Assembly (NCBI RefSeq): GCF_037902255.1
Contig: NZ_CP147990.1
Location: 4,590,001 to 4,622,000, forward strand
Length of the DNA: 32,000 bases
Reading direction: 5' to 3'
Origin: Candidatus Electrothrix sp. GW3-4
Lineage (GTDB): Bacteria > Desulfobacterota > Desulfobulbia > Desulfobulbales > Desulfobulbaceae
The position numbers were made by a program, and so were the translations under genes. Below the pieces are notes generated by a model. It made no database searches, was not told the DNA's origin, and worked only from the letters and a program-made list of their open reading frames with translations. This document shows, piece by piece, positions 23,209-31,868 of the stretch; position 1 is the stretch's first letter, and every line of letters begins with the position of its first letter.

Positions 23209-24006
23209 TTAGAGATTCGTTTTGTCCCTGCTCTGCTTTTTTCTGATGTGCGCAAGAAAGCTCCAGGAATGAATGTCGCATTGCAGAAGGTACTTGGAGT
23301 AGCTGTATAAGACATAAAGGCATTCGGAGGCAACGTTTTCAGGCATTTGTAAGCGGTGCACTTGCCGGGTTGCCATGCCTTGAGCTGTTTGGAGGAACTT
23401 GAGACTTTGCAGCGAAAGGGTGAAACGAGAATAGCCTGCATTGTCGCTGCAGCGGCTGCAAATAAGGGTGCCGTTACCAGGTTGAAGGGCGAAGCTTAGT
23501 TTCCTATTTTTAGCTGGCAAGCAGGAGCAGATGGCGCAATGCTCCAGTTTGGGGCGATAACCACTGGCGTTGAGCAGGTGAAGATGGAAAAAGACAGCCG
23601 TGGGCAGGGGAGACGCTCCGTGGTGAAGGGATTCCAGGAGCCAATGGAGTAAGGAAAAAATCCGACGGTCTGGGTCATGCTCCCCGGTAAAACGGAGGAC
23701 GAGTTCATTGGCCAGCATTGCCACACAATACCGTTGCCAATGGGTCCTGAGGGTGAGGAAGGCTTCTTTTAACTCTGCCTCACTGAGAAAATGGAGGTTG
23801 TTATGTCTGGCTGGACGAAAGCTGATATCAAGCAGGGAAAACTCTTCCAGTTTATTGACAAAGCGTTTTTGCGAACGTTTGGCCCCCTTGGCAATGGCGG
23901 CGAATCGGCCTCTGTCGGGGCTGTACAGGGTGACAATCCTGTCTGATTCGCCAAAGTCAACATTTTTTAGGACGATACATTCGGTACGGCAGTTTTGATA
24001 CGGCAA
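23209..24006 (-). CDS. recO: DNA repair protein RecO
   Basis: 265 aa from a TTG start. The N-terminal OB-fold signature is ...ECIVLKNVDFGESDRIVTLYSPDRGRFAAIAKGAKRSQKRF, and a C-terminal Cys pair (CAICS ... CSRC) forms the zinc-finger region. Confidence 0.88.
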   Translation of the reverse strand: MPYQNCRTECIVLKNVDFGESDRIVTLYSPDRGRFAAIAKGAKRSQKRFVNKLEEFSLLDISFRPARHNNLHFLSEAELKEAFLTLRTHWQRYCVAMLANELVLRFTGEHDPDRRIFSLLHWLLESLHHGASPLPTAVFFHLHLLNASGYRPKLEHCAICSCLPAKNRKLSFALQPGNGTLICSRCSDNAGYSRFTLSLQSLKFLQTAQGMATRQVHRLQMPENVASECLYVLYSYSKYLLQCDIHSWSFLAHIRKKQSRDKTNL

Positions 24007-24015
24007 ACTGGTTAC

Positions 24016-24723
24016 TCAGAGGGTGGTGTCCTGTTCCGCAGTCTTGTTATCAGCCTCGTCTTCAGGGGCTTGCTCTGGTGCAGGGAGAGCCTCTGCAACA
24101 GGCGCTTCGACAACTTCTTCTGGTGTATCTCCTGCGGGGATGCGCGCCTCTGCATAAGGGCCTAGTTCAAGCTGGGCCGGAGGAACGACCGCTGTCGCGG
24201 TGCTGATTGGAGCTGGCTCCTGTTCGAGAAAATAGGCAAAGGGGTTCCAGCCCGTATACCAGCTGAACAGGGCAAGAAAGGTTGCAATCAGTAAAAGAAG
24301 GGTGATGGCCCAAGTCGCGGATGAAATATGGGTCGGTTCAGCGAGTTTCTTGGTTGATAATCCTTTTCCCTGCTGATTGAATTGTTTTCTTTCTCTGCCT
24401 GTTAAATGTTGGGCACGTTCTTCAAAAAATAAACGCGCTGCCTCTGTCCCGTCAAGGCCAAGGAAATGAGCATAAATGATGATCTGGCCGCGAATAAAGG
24501 TGTCTGCTGGCAGCTCATTATAGTTGCCAAGTTCAATAGAGGTCAGGTTGGAAGAGGAGATATTTGTTGCTCGCGAGATATCATGGATTGTCATGGCCTT
24601 TTTTTCGCGCACCTGCCGCAAGAGCTTGCCGATCGGAAGATTCTCATTTTCCTGTTGGGGAGTGTGCTCTTCCAGGGGGTCTCTGGTCTCTTGTGAAACA
24701 CTGGTTTCTTGCTTGGTCATCAA
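24016..24723 (-). CDS. RodZ-like HTH (XRE-type) membrane protein
   Basis: 235 aa. The HTH region is IGKLLRQVREKKAMTIHDISRATNISSSNLTSIELGN, followed by FIRGQIIIYAHFLGLD as in the RodZ N-domain. There is one TM helix (WAITLLLLIATFLALFSWY) and a P/A/E-rich tail. I did not recognise a clear DUF4115-type C-terminal domain. Confidence 0.7.
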   Translation of the reverse strand: MMTKQETSVSQETRDPLEEHTPQQENENLPIGKLLRQVREKKAMTIHDISRATNISSSNLTSIELGNYNELPADTFIRGQIIIYAHFLGLDGTEAARLFFEERAQHLTGRERKQFNQQGKGLSTKKLAEPTHISSATWAITLLLLIATFLALFSWYTGWNPFAYFLEQEPAPISTATAVVPPAQLELGPYAEARIPAGDTPEEVVEAPVAEALPAPEQAPEDEADNKTAEQDTTL

Positions 24724-24740
24724 CTGTTTGTTGTTTAAAT

Positions 24741-25829
24741 TTATTGGATTTTTTCTGGCGATGAGAGGATCTTAATATATGCCTCACTTCGTATTTTCTT
24801 CAGCCATTTTTTGTAGCGTTCTTCTGCTTCCTGTTTATACAGTTTATTGCGAATTTCCTCTTTAAGATTTTCGTCAAGCACGCGTTCTTTGTTTTCCTCT
24901 TCCTGTCCCTTGGACAAGAGCAGGAAAAACATGTAGCTGTCAGGACGTTCGATGATCGGGCTGATTTCTCCAGGTTGCAGTGCAGTTACTGCGTCCCGCA
25001 TGTACGCAGCCATTTCGTCCTTCTTGAAAAGTCCCAGGTCTCCATCGTCGGCCGCAGAGGGTAAATTTGAGTACTGACGGACGAGTTTTTTGAAGTCTTG
25101 GCCTTTGTTGGCAAGCTCATACGCAGCCTCAACCTGTTTGCGGGCATCTTTTTTCGCTGCTGGCAATCCTGCGCTCTTGGCCGGATCAGCCCAAGAGACA
25201 CCAAGCTGTAAAAGGTAATACCCCTCTGTTCTGGCTTGGTTGCTATATTGCTGTTCAAAGTATCTCTGTATTTCTTCGTCAGGGATAACGACTTTGGAGC
25301 GTACCTCGTAATTAATCAGCTTGCTGCGCAGGATCTGTTCGCGAAGGGTCTCGCGGTATTGGGCTTTAGTCAAGCCCATTTTTTTTAGTTCCTCCCTGAA
25401 CTCTTCGTTAGAGAAGTCATTTCGTTGCAGCACCTGCTCCAGGGCGCGATCAACTTCTGCGTCAGCAACGGAGATATTGAGGGCAACTGCTTGTTGTGTG
25501 AGCAGCTTATTCTCAATGAGCTGCGTTATAATCTTTTGTCGTGCCTGATTGAGCACTTCTTCGCGCTGCTCCGGTGGGACTTCCTTGGTGATTTTCTGGA
25601 AAATCGCTTCGCCGAGTTTGTTGACATCAGAACGTGTGATGACATCTTCGTTGACAACAGCGACACTGGAATCAATGATCTCTGCTTTGCTAAGTGGAAC
25701 ATGGGTGACGAGTAAAAAGGTCAGTAATAGATACAACCAGTGCATTTTCATAAGATACTGAGAGGGTTTTTCTGGTAAAAGAAACGCTAAAGCGCTGTCA
25801 AACCATGTTGGCAGGCATTCGTAGGGCAA
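24741..25829 (-). CDS. SurA-like periplasmic chaperone / parvulin-type peptidyl-prolyl isomerase
   Basis: It has a SurA N-terminal-like region (IDSSVAVVNEDVITRSDV...) and a parvulin domain (GDLGLFKKDEMAAYMRDAVTALQPGEISPIIERPDSYMFFLL). The TTG at 25829 has GGAGG 6 nt upstream. The ATG at 25751 would start directly at the signal peptide MKMHWLYLLLTFLLVTHVPLSKA. Confidence 0.8.
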   Translation of the reverse strand: MPYECLPTWFDSALAFLLPEKPSQYLMKMHWLYLLLTFLLVTHVPLSKAEIIDSSVAVVNEDVITRSDVNKLGEAIFQKITKEVPPEQREEVLNQARQKIITQLIENKLLTQQAVALNISVADAEVDRALEQVLQRNDFSNEEFREELKKMGLTKAQYRETLREQILRSKLINYEVRSKVVIPDEEIQRYFEQQYSNQARTEGYYLLQLGVSWADPAKSAGLPAAKKDARKQVEAAYELANKGQDFKKLVRQYSNLPSAADDGDLGLFKKDEMAAYMRDAVTALQPGEISPIIERPDSYMFFLLLSKGQEEENKERVLDENLKEEIRNKLYKQEAEERYKKWLKKIRSEAYIKILSSPEKIQ

Positions 25830-26114
25830 ACAAGGCCTCCAGAGAATAACATGTAACCATTACACAAAACCTTGTAAAGACGCAATGCTTTTTAGAGGGA
25901 GGGTAGGCGAGGAACGGGAAGCCTCAGGGCTGTAGGCGAGGGAATTACTCGGATATGAGTCCAAATGCTGAACCTTTTTCTTTGTAACAGAGCGATAAAT
26001 GGGATATGCTTCTTTGTTGACAAATTTATGAGGATAGATATAAATATTGGTAGAGCAAAAAAAGTCGAGCTGATTATCCCTTACGCGTCAAAATATATCA
26101 TGCAGGAGATGTAC

Positions 26115-26684
26115 ATGAATTCAATCATCACGAAAAAGACGTTTATGATCTGTGCCATCATATTGCTGGCTCTGAGTGGTAGGGTGCTGGCCACACCTAT
26201 GCCCGACTTTACACTTCCTTCCGCTGTGGATGGAAAAGATATCAGCAGCGACGATTTTAAAGGCAAGGTGCTGTTGGTGACCTTTTTTGCAACTTGGTGT
26301 CCTCCGTGCCGTCAGGAAATCCCCTCGCTCATCCAGCTTCAGAGGGACTTGTCTGCTAAAGGATTTTCCGTGCTTGGCCTTTCTCTTGATGAAGGGGGGG
26401 CTGATATTGTTAATGAGCTTGTACAACATGATAATATTAATTATCCAGTGTTAATGGCTGACTCTGAGGTCGTGAGTGGTTTTGGTGGTGTCACGGGGAT
26501 TCCCACCTCTTTTTTGGTGAGTCATGAGGGCAAGATGGTGCGTACTTATGCTGGCTATGTTCCGCACGAGCTTCTGAAGCAGGATATCGAAGAAATTATT
26601 CCGCAAGAGGTGAAAAAAAGCCAAAGGGCTAGAGGGGGCAAAGCAGGAAAAAAGACCCCAGAACCAGCGAGATCTACTGAATGA
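26115..26684 (+). CDS. TlpA/ResA-like periplasmic thiol:disulfide oxidoreductase (redoxin family)
   Basis: The ATG at 26115 has AGGAGA 5 nt upstream. It has an N-terminal signal/anchor (FMICAIILLALSG), the thioredoxin active site FFATWCPPCRQEIP and a GIPTSFLV cis-Pro loop. The ORF-track start at 25965 looks like an over-extension. Confidence 0.85.
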   Translation: MNSIITKKTFMICAIILLALSGRVLATPMPDFTLPSAVDGKDISSDDFKGKVLLVTFFATWCPPCRQEIPSLIQLQRDLSAKGFSVLGLSLDEGGADIVNELVQHDNINYPVLMADSEVVSGFGGVTGIPTSFLVSHEGKMVRTYAGYVPHELLKQDIEEIIPQEVKKSQRARGGKAGKKTPEPARSTE

Positions 26685-26693
26685 TTTTTCGTA

Positions 26694-26722
26694 TTGACAA
26701 GACGTTGAGAACCGTTTACAGT
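26694..26722 (+). promoter_or_regulatory. Candidate sigma70 promoter of the small secreted protein gene
   Basis: TTGACA (26694..26699) - N17 - TACAGT (26717..26722), ~48 nt upstream of the ATG at 26771. Confidence 0.45.
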
Positions 26723-26770
26723 ACAGATTATTAATATTTTTAATTTAATAATGCATTTCAGGAGATTATC

Positions 26771-26983
26771 ATGAAAAAAGTACTTGCAGTCCTAATGGTA
26801 ACAGCCTTTGCTTTTTGTGTTGGTACAGCTTTCGCTAAAACGGAAAAATGTACTGTGAAAACAGTCGCGGTTGAAGGCGAAAAGGCTACTGTAACCATGG
26901 AATGTGAAAAGGATGCTGAGCTGAAAGAAGGCGATACCGTAAAGGTTAGAGCTCAAAAGAAAAAAGTCGTTGAAGGTTGCTAA
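26771..26983 (+). CDS. Small secreted Lys/Glu-rich protein with three Cys including the C-terminal residue; unknown function
   Basis: 70 aa. AGGAGA lies 6 nt upstream of the ATG. The signal peptide is MKKVLAVLMVTAFAFCVGTAFA|KTEK. The mature ~48 aa is beta-strand-like (TVKTVAVEGEKATVTMECEKD...GDTVKVRAQKKKVVEGC). The gene has its own promoter candidate and a strong terminator. Confidence 0.65.
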   Translation: MKKVLAVLMVTAFAFCVGTAFAKTEKCTVKTVAVEGEKATVTMECEKDAELKEGDTVKVRAQKKKVVEGC

Positions 26984-27036
26984 ATTTTAGAAAGGTCTTT
27001 CTATTGTAATACAACGAGATCTTTTGTTTTTTTTGT

Positions 27037-27078
27037 AAAAGCCGGCCGCGTTCATGCGCTGCCGGCTTTTCTGTTTTT
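27037..27078 (+). terminator. Rho-independent terminator (symmetrical, potentially bidirectional)
   Basis: A 10-bp stem AAAAGCCGGC / GCCGGCTTTT encloses a 14-nt loop that can itself pair further. It is followed by TTTTCTGTTTTT. Confidence 0.8.
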
Positions 27079-27147
27079 ATCAGGAACTCCAAGGCACCTC
27101 CTTTTCCAGTTGAGAATATGGGTGGTCTTTAACAGAAAGAGAATATT

Positions 27148-27840
27148 ATGGATCCGCAGACGCTCCCCGCTGAAGCTCAGGAGCTTTATCAGAGAATCAA
27201 GCAGCAGTATCGTGTCGCTTTTGAAGCGTTGAAGCTCGATGATGAGCTTCAGCTCCACCTCTTGAAAATTACCGATATTGAGCAGATGCTGGCAGGCAAG
27301 GACCCGCTGAAAAATCCCTCGGAATTTCCTTTTTGGGTGCGCCTTTGGGAGGCGGCTGTTGTCCTGTCTCGTCTCATGGTGAACGTACGTCCTGCCCCTG
27401 GGGCAACAGTACTTGAGCTTGGTGCGGGGCTTGGTGCTCCAGGTTTGACAGCAGCAGCCTTAGGCTGTTCTGTCACTCTGACTGATTACGAGGAGATAAT
27501 TCTTGATTTTGGCAGGGTTAGTGCTGCAGCTTCAAAGCTCGATCAAGTGCAGTTTTCCCTTTTAGATTGGCTTGATCCACCGGAAATGGAGCGCTATGAC
27601 ATCGTCCTTGGAGCAGAAGTGCTTTTTCGGGAGGAGTTTTTTCAGCCCCTGCTCTCTGTTCTCCGCCGGGCCGTAAAGCCGGATGGGGTTGTCTATCTTG
27701 CCCATGATTTGAAGAGGAAGTCGGTTTATCCTTTTCTCCAATTGGCGGAAAAAGAGTATGTCATCTCTGCCTCAAAACGCGTCTTAAAAAGTTTGGAGCA
27801 GGATAAAGAGATCCTGCTGACGCGTTTGACTCCCCGGTGA
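27148..27840 (+). CDS. Class I SAM-dependent methyltransferase (Methyltransf_16 / protein-lysine-MTase-like)
   Basis: 230 aa. Contains WEAAVVLSRLM ... VLELGAGLGAPGLTAAALG ... TLTDY ... DIVLGAEVLF, the layout of the FAM86/METTL21-like family. Confidence 0.75.
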   Translation: MDPQTLPAEAQELYQRIKQQYRVAFEALKLDDELQLHLLKITDIEQMLAGKDPLKNPSEFPFWVRLWEAAVVLSRLMVNVRPAPGATVLELGAGLGAPGLTAAALGCSVTLTDYEEIILDFGRVSAAASKLDQVQFSLLDWLDPPEMERYDIVLGAEVLFREEFFQPLLSVLRRAVKPDGVVYLAHDLKRKSVYPFLQLAEKEYVISASKRVLKSLEQDKEILLTRLTPR

Positions 27841-27868
27841 GCCTTTTTTCTTCTTTTTTTTCTCCGCT

Positions 27869-28543
27869 GTGTACCCTGTCAGCTTAAATATTGCCGGAAA
27901 ACTCTGTGTTGTTGTGGGGGGCGGCAATGTGGCCGCACGGAAAGTCCTTTCTCTGCTCAAGGCCCAGGCTTCTGTGCGAATTATCAGTCCGCAACTGACT
28001 GAGGCCTTGTCAGGACAGGTAGCGAATGCTGCTGTTGATTGGTGGGGCAGGGGCTATCAGAGTGGGGATCTTGACGGGGCTCTGCTGGTGTTCGCTGCTA
28101 CCGATAATCGGCAAGTTCAGGATGCTGTTGTCCGGGATGCGCAGAAGGCAGGTCTCCTGATCAATGTGGCTGATGCCCCAGAGCTCTGCGATTTTCAGGT
28201 GCCAGCGGTTGTTCGAAGAGACAATTTAAGCATAGCCGTCTCCACCAATGGGGCAAGTCCAGCCTTGGCTGGAAAAATTCGCCAGGAGTTGGAAGAAAGA
28301 TACGGAGAGGAGTACGCTGTTTTGTTGCGCCTGATGGCTCGCCTGAGAGCGCGAATTTGCAACGATGCTTCTTCAGAAGGAGGCGATCGGAGAAGGGTAT
28401 TCCAAAATATCCTCCATGAGGATATAATTCAGTGGATACGAGGTGGGCAGTGGGAGCGCATAGCACAGCACCTTGATACCGTCCTTGGCCCTGGTAGACA
28501 TTTTGATCTCAGTGAACTCAGAGAAAGAGAGATAACACCCTGA
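27869..28543 (+). CDS. sirC: Precorrin-2 dehydrogenase / sirohydrochlorin ferrochelatase (SirC / CysG N-terminal type)
   Basis: 224 aa from a GTG start. The N-terminal Rossmann motif is LNIAGKLCVVVGGGNVAARKV, followed by LINVADAPELCDFQVPAVVRRDNLSIAVSTNGASPALA. Confidence 0.85.
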   Translation: MYPVSLNIAGKLCVVVGGGNVAARKVLSLLKAQASVRIISPQLTEALSGQVANAAVDWWGRGYQSGDLDGALLVFAATDNRQVQDAVVRDAQKAGLLINVADAPELCDFQVPAVVRRDNLSIAVSTNGASPALAGKIRQELEERYGEEYAVLLRLMARLRARICNDASSEGGDRRRVFQNILHEDIIQWIRGGQWERIAQHLDTVLGPGRHFDLSELREREITP

Positions 28544-29343
28544 TGAGCTACCTGCTTTTTCAAACCAGCTTTGCAGCCTATCTTGCTGCTGCTGTCGTTT
28601 ATACAGTCTTCTTTTGGAGCCAGAAGAACCGGATAAGAAATGTTGCACGCATTGTCTTTGTCGGAGCGGCTTCTCTGCATACTCTTAATATCCTTTTTCG
28701 CTATATTGAGGCCGGGCATACTCCTATTACCAGTATTCATGAGACCGTTTCTTTCTTTGCCTGGTCAATAGCTTGGTGCCATCTTTCTTTTCGCTGGCGC
28801 TATACGGTCAAGAATTCCGGTACCTTTACCGCAATTATTGTCCTCCTCCTGATGCTGGCAGCCTCATTAGCCTCCCGGGAGATTCTTCCATTACCGCCTG
28901 AGTTGCGGTCCTGGTGGCTTCCTATTCATGCCTCTATTTCTATTATAGCCGCAGCCTTTCTGACCTTGGCCGCGATCGGAGGAATCATGTATCTGCTTCA
29001 GGAGCGGGAGCTGAAACAGAAGCGGTTTGGTTTCTTTTTCTCGCGTCTGCCCTCACTGGATACCCTGGATAAACTGAATCAGCACTGCATCAGTATAGGT
29101 TTTCCCTTGATGACGGTGGGGATGTTTGCCGGGTATGCCTGGGCCCGCCAGATATGGGGTGGTCGTCCTTGGCATTGGAATCCAAAGATTATCATGTCCG
29201 TGATAACATGGTTGCTGTATGCGGGGCTTATGCATCAGCGTTTCACGATGGGATGGCGGGGCCGTCGGGCCGCCTGGATAACCGTTATCGCTTTTTTTGC
29301 AGTGTTGCTGACACTCTGGTTTATGTTAAGAGAAGGAGTGTAA
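28543..29343 (+). CDS. CcsA-like cytochrome c assembly family membrane protein (HemX/YpjD-like)
   Basis: 266 aa with ~8 TM helices. The WWLPIHASISIIAAAFL and W-rich segments are typical of CcsA/HemX. It sits directly upstream of hemA. Its start shares one nucleotide with the sirC stop (TGATG). Confidence 0.75.
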   Translation: MSYLLFQTSFAAYLAAAVVYTVFFWSQKNRIRNVARIVFVGAASLHTLNILFRYIEAGHTPITSIHETVSFFAWSIAWCHLSFRWRYTVKNSGTFTAIIVLLLMLAASLASREILPLPPELRSWWLPIHASISIIAAAFLTLAAIGGIMYLLQERELKQKRFGFFFSRLPSLDTLDKLNQHCISIGFPLMTVGMFAGYAWARQIWGGRPWHWNPKIIMSVITWLLYAGLMHQRFTMGWRGRRAAWITVIAFFAVLLTLWFMLREGV

Positions 29344-29346
29344 GGC

Positions 29347-30636
29347 ATGGGCCAGGATTCCATAGTTCTCCTCGGAGTAAATCATAAGAAAACCCCTTTG
29401 GAAATACGTGAGAAATTGGCGCTCACTGGAGGGTACAAAGAACCACTGGAAACGTTGCGCAAGCTGGCCGGACTCAAGGAGTATTATCTCCTTTCCACCT
29501 GCAATCGGGTGGAGGTCCTGTTTATCTGTCAAGATCCAGAGCAGATGCGTCGCGAGGTGCTTGATCTGCTTTTTGCCGGTAAGGTGAGTCGAGACGAGGT
29601 AAGTGGCTGCATCTATGTTTACGAGAACGAGGAGGCAGTACGGCACCTCTTCATGGTCTCCTCCAGTTTAGACTCCATGATCGTGGGTGAGTCGCAGATT
29701 CTCGGACAGTTGAAAGAGGCCTTCCGCCACGCAGCAGAGCAGAAAACAGCAGGTTTGATTTTGAATAGGCTGCTGCACAAGTCTTTTTCTGTGGCGAAAC
29801 GAGTGCGAACGGAAACCCGAATTGGGGCCAATGCGGTCTCCATTTCTTATGCCGCAGTAGAGTTAGGGCGCAAGATCTTCGGTGATCTCCGGGGTAAACG
29901 CGTTATGCTGGTCGGGGCTGGCGAGATGGCTGAACTCGCTGCCGAGCACCTCGTTGGGCAGGGGATTCAGGAGGTCGTGGTTGCTAACCGTACCCTAGCG
30001 CGGGCCATGAAATTAGCTGCCCGTTTCAAGGGCAGGGCCGTGGGGCTGGATGAGGTGGTTGAGCAGCTTCTTGACGTGGATATTCTTATCAGTTCTACCG
30101 GAGCTGAGGGGTTGGTTCTGTATAAAAAAGATATTGCACCGCTTATGCCCCGACGACGCAACAGGCCGCTTTTCTTTATCGATATTGCCGTGCCTCGGGA
30201 TCTGGATCCGGAGATCAATACCTTGGAAAATATTTATCTCTATGATATTGATGATTTGAACAATGTAGTTGAGATGAACCGTGAGCAGCGGGACAAAGAG
30301 GCGATCAAGGCCCGGCGTATTGTTGAAGAAGAAACCCTGAAGTTTCAGCGCTGGCTTGAGGGGATGGAAGTGACGCCGACCATTGTCGATCTCAGGGCGA
30401 TTGCTGAATCTATTTGCCAGGCCGAACTGGCTAAAACCCTGCCCCGCCTCAACGGCATAAGTGCCAAGGAGAGAGAATCCATTGAGCGGATGGCCTCCTC
30501 TATTGTTGGGAAAATACTCCATCATCCTATGCAGTACCTGAAAGCCGATCACGATAGCCTTGATCAATCGGAGCGAATTATGCAAGTCCGTACCTTGTTT
30601 CAACTCAATGAACAAGGGAATCAAGCTGACGATTGA
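29347..30636 (+). CDS. hemA: Glutamyl-tRNA reductase
   Basis: 429 aa. Contains LLGVNHKKTPLEIREKLAL, the active-site STCNRVE, GESQILGQLK and the NADPH site VMLVGAGEMAEL. Confidence 0.93.
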   Translation: MGQDSIVLLGVNHKKTPLEIREKLALTGGYKEPLETLRKLAGLKEYYLLSTCNRVEVLFICQDPEQMRREVLDLLFAGKVSRDEVSGCIYVYENEEAVRHLFMVSSSLDSMIVGESQILGQLKEAFRHAAEQKTAGLILNRLLHKSFSVAKRVRTETRIGANAVSISYAAVELGRKIFGDLRGKRVMLVGAGEMAELAAEHLVGQGIQEVVVANRTLARAMKLAARFKGRAVGLDEVVEQLLDVDILISSTGAEGLVLYKKDIAPLMPRRRNRPLFFIDIAVPRDLDPEINTLENIYLYDIDDLNNVVEMNREQRDKEAIKARRIVEEETLKFQRWLEGMEVTPTIVDLRAIAESICQAELAKTLPRLNGISAKERESIERMASSIVGKILHHPMQYLKADHDSLDQSERIMQVRTLFQLNEQGNQADD

Positions 30637-30639
30637 GAC

Positions 30640-31137
30640 ATGACCGAGCAGGAACGCCGCAGTATTGTAGAAGATGAACTTTTTCTCCTTAGAGATTCGG
30701 GAGAATTGCCGGAAATAGCTTATCATTCCTCCCTCTATTATTTGACGGAAGATCAAGATGGCCCCGGACTGGTCTTGACTGAGAGCGAACAGCGCCTCTT
30801 GCAGGAGGCCGCTCTGGAGCGTTGCCAAGAGATTATCCTGCGTGATCTTATGCCGGATAATCGGGACTTGGGGATCTATCGAGGTCCACAGCGCAGTATC
30901 TCTAATTGGCAGAGGTATTGCAGGTTTTGTCAACGGATTGATCAGCGGCAGGATGAGGCGTTCAGAGAGAGCGTCGCTCAGGCCCTGGTACGTTTTATCC
31001 GGCAGGAGGCGGCTGATGTGGAGGAAGGATGGCGGGCGAGTTCAGTTAATTGCACGAGCGAGGAGCTGTTTATCTTTGCTGAGGAGGTCGGAGTCTCACG
31101 TTCGATTCCTGACTTCGGCAGGCTTTTTTGGCGTTGA
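30640..31137 (+). CDS. Hypothetical protein (165 aa), tightly linked to hemA
   Basis: It starts 3 nt after the hemA stop. Codon usage looks like that of its neighbours and it has no TM segment. I recognise no family. A possibly conserved core is RGPQRSISNWQRYCRFCQRIDQ. Confidence 0.6.
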   Translation: MTEQERRSIVEDELFLLRDSGELPEIAYHSSLYYLTEDQDGPGLVLTESEQRLLQEAALERCQEIILRDLMPDNRDLGIYRGPQRSISNWQRYCRFCQRIDQRQDEAFRESVAQALVRFIRQEAADVEEGWRASSVNCTSEELFIFAEEVGVSRSIPDFGRLFWR

Positions 31138-31265
31138 GTGTAAGCGTATTCAAGGGCAATGGAAAACAGAAAGCCGTCTGAAAAGAACTGCTGACTTTGT
31201 GCTGATAAAGAGAAACCGGGTTAGGTGCTGAGAAGGTTTCGGTAGACTGGTCGTGCAACAAAAGA

Positions 31266-31297
31266 GGGTCGCTGGCATAAGCTGGTGGCCCTTTTTT
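31266..31297 (+). terminator. Candidate rho-independent terminator of the hem cluster
   Basis: GGGTCGCTGG / CTGGTGGCCC forms a 10-bp stem that includes several G-U pairs, with loop CATAAG, followed by T6. Confidence 0.45.
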
Positions 31298-31868
31298 AGC
31301 TTAACAATTCAACGCTTATCATCAATAACTTTTATACTCATTCTTGTTGACATGAATACACCGATAGGGCAACATTAAAAAATATATTTATACTACCGGC
31401 TGTAGTGGGCTCCGACATGTAAAGAGTGGTAACTTTCTTCATGAGCAGCTGTTCGAATATGCCTTGTCGTGGTCGCATCTATTCTGGATACTGCGCATTT
31501 TTTTAGATCAAAGTCGTCTGCTGGCGAAGGTATTGCAATAGTTTTTTCTTTTCTAGAAAATGTCTGGTAAGTCGAGCATGTTCTGTCTGGATTACTTGCT
31601 GGTATTATTTCCTTAATCATGAACTCCCGGCATGAAAAAAGTAGAAAATGAACAGGCTGTTTTTTTAAATAATAAGCAATTACATTTGAAACAGCACTTA
31701 GAATACAGGAGTTGGGTTGCGGGCAAAGTCCGCATTAGCCTGTTATGGTTAAGTTGTTTTTTCTTGAGGAGCTTTTTGGAATATTCTGTGGGGTAAATAT
31801 TACCCTTGACACAGGAATAATTCTTAATTACTTTAAGAAAATAATAATAATTAACAGCAGGTGATCCG

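Noticed and set aside
30013-30933. 306-aa minus-strand ORF
   Set aside because: It is entirely antisense to the unambiguous hemA gene and the following ORF. It has no recognisable motifs and is a typical shadow ORF opposite a real gene.
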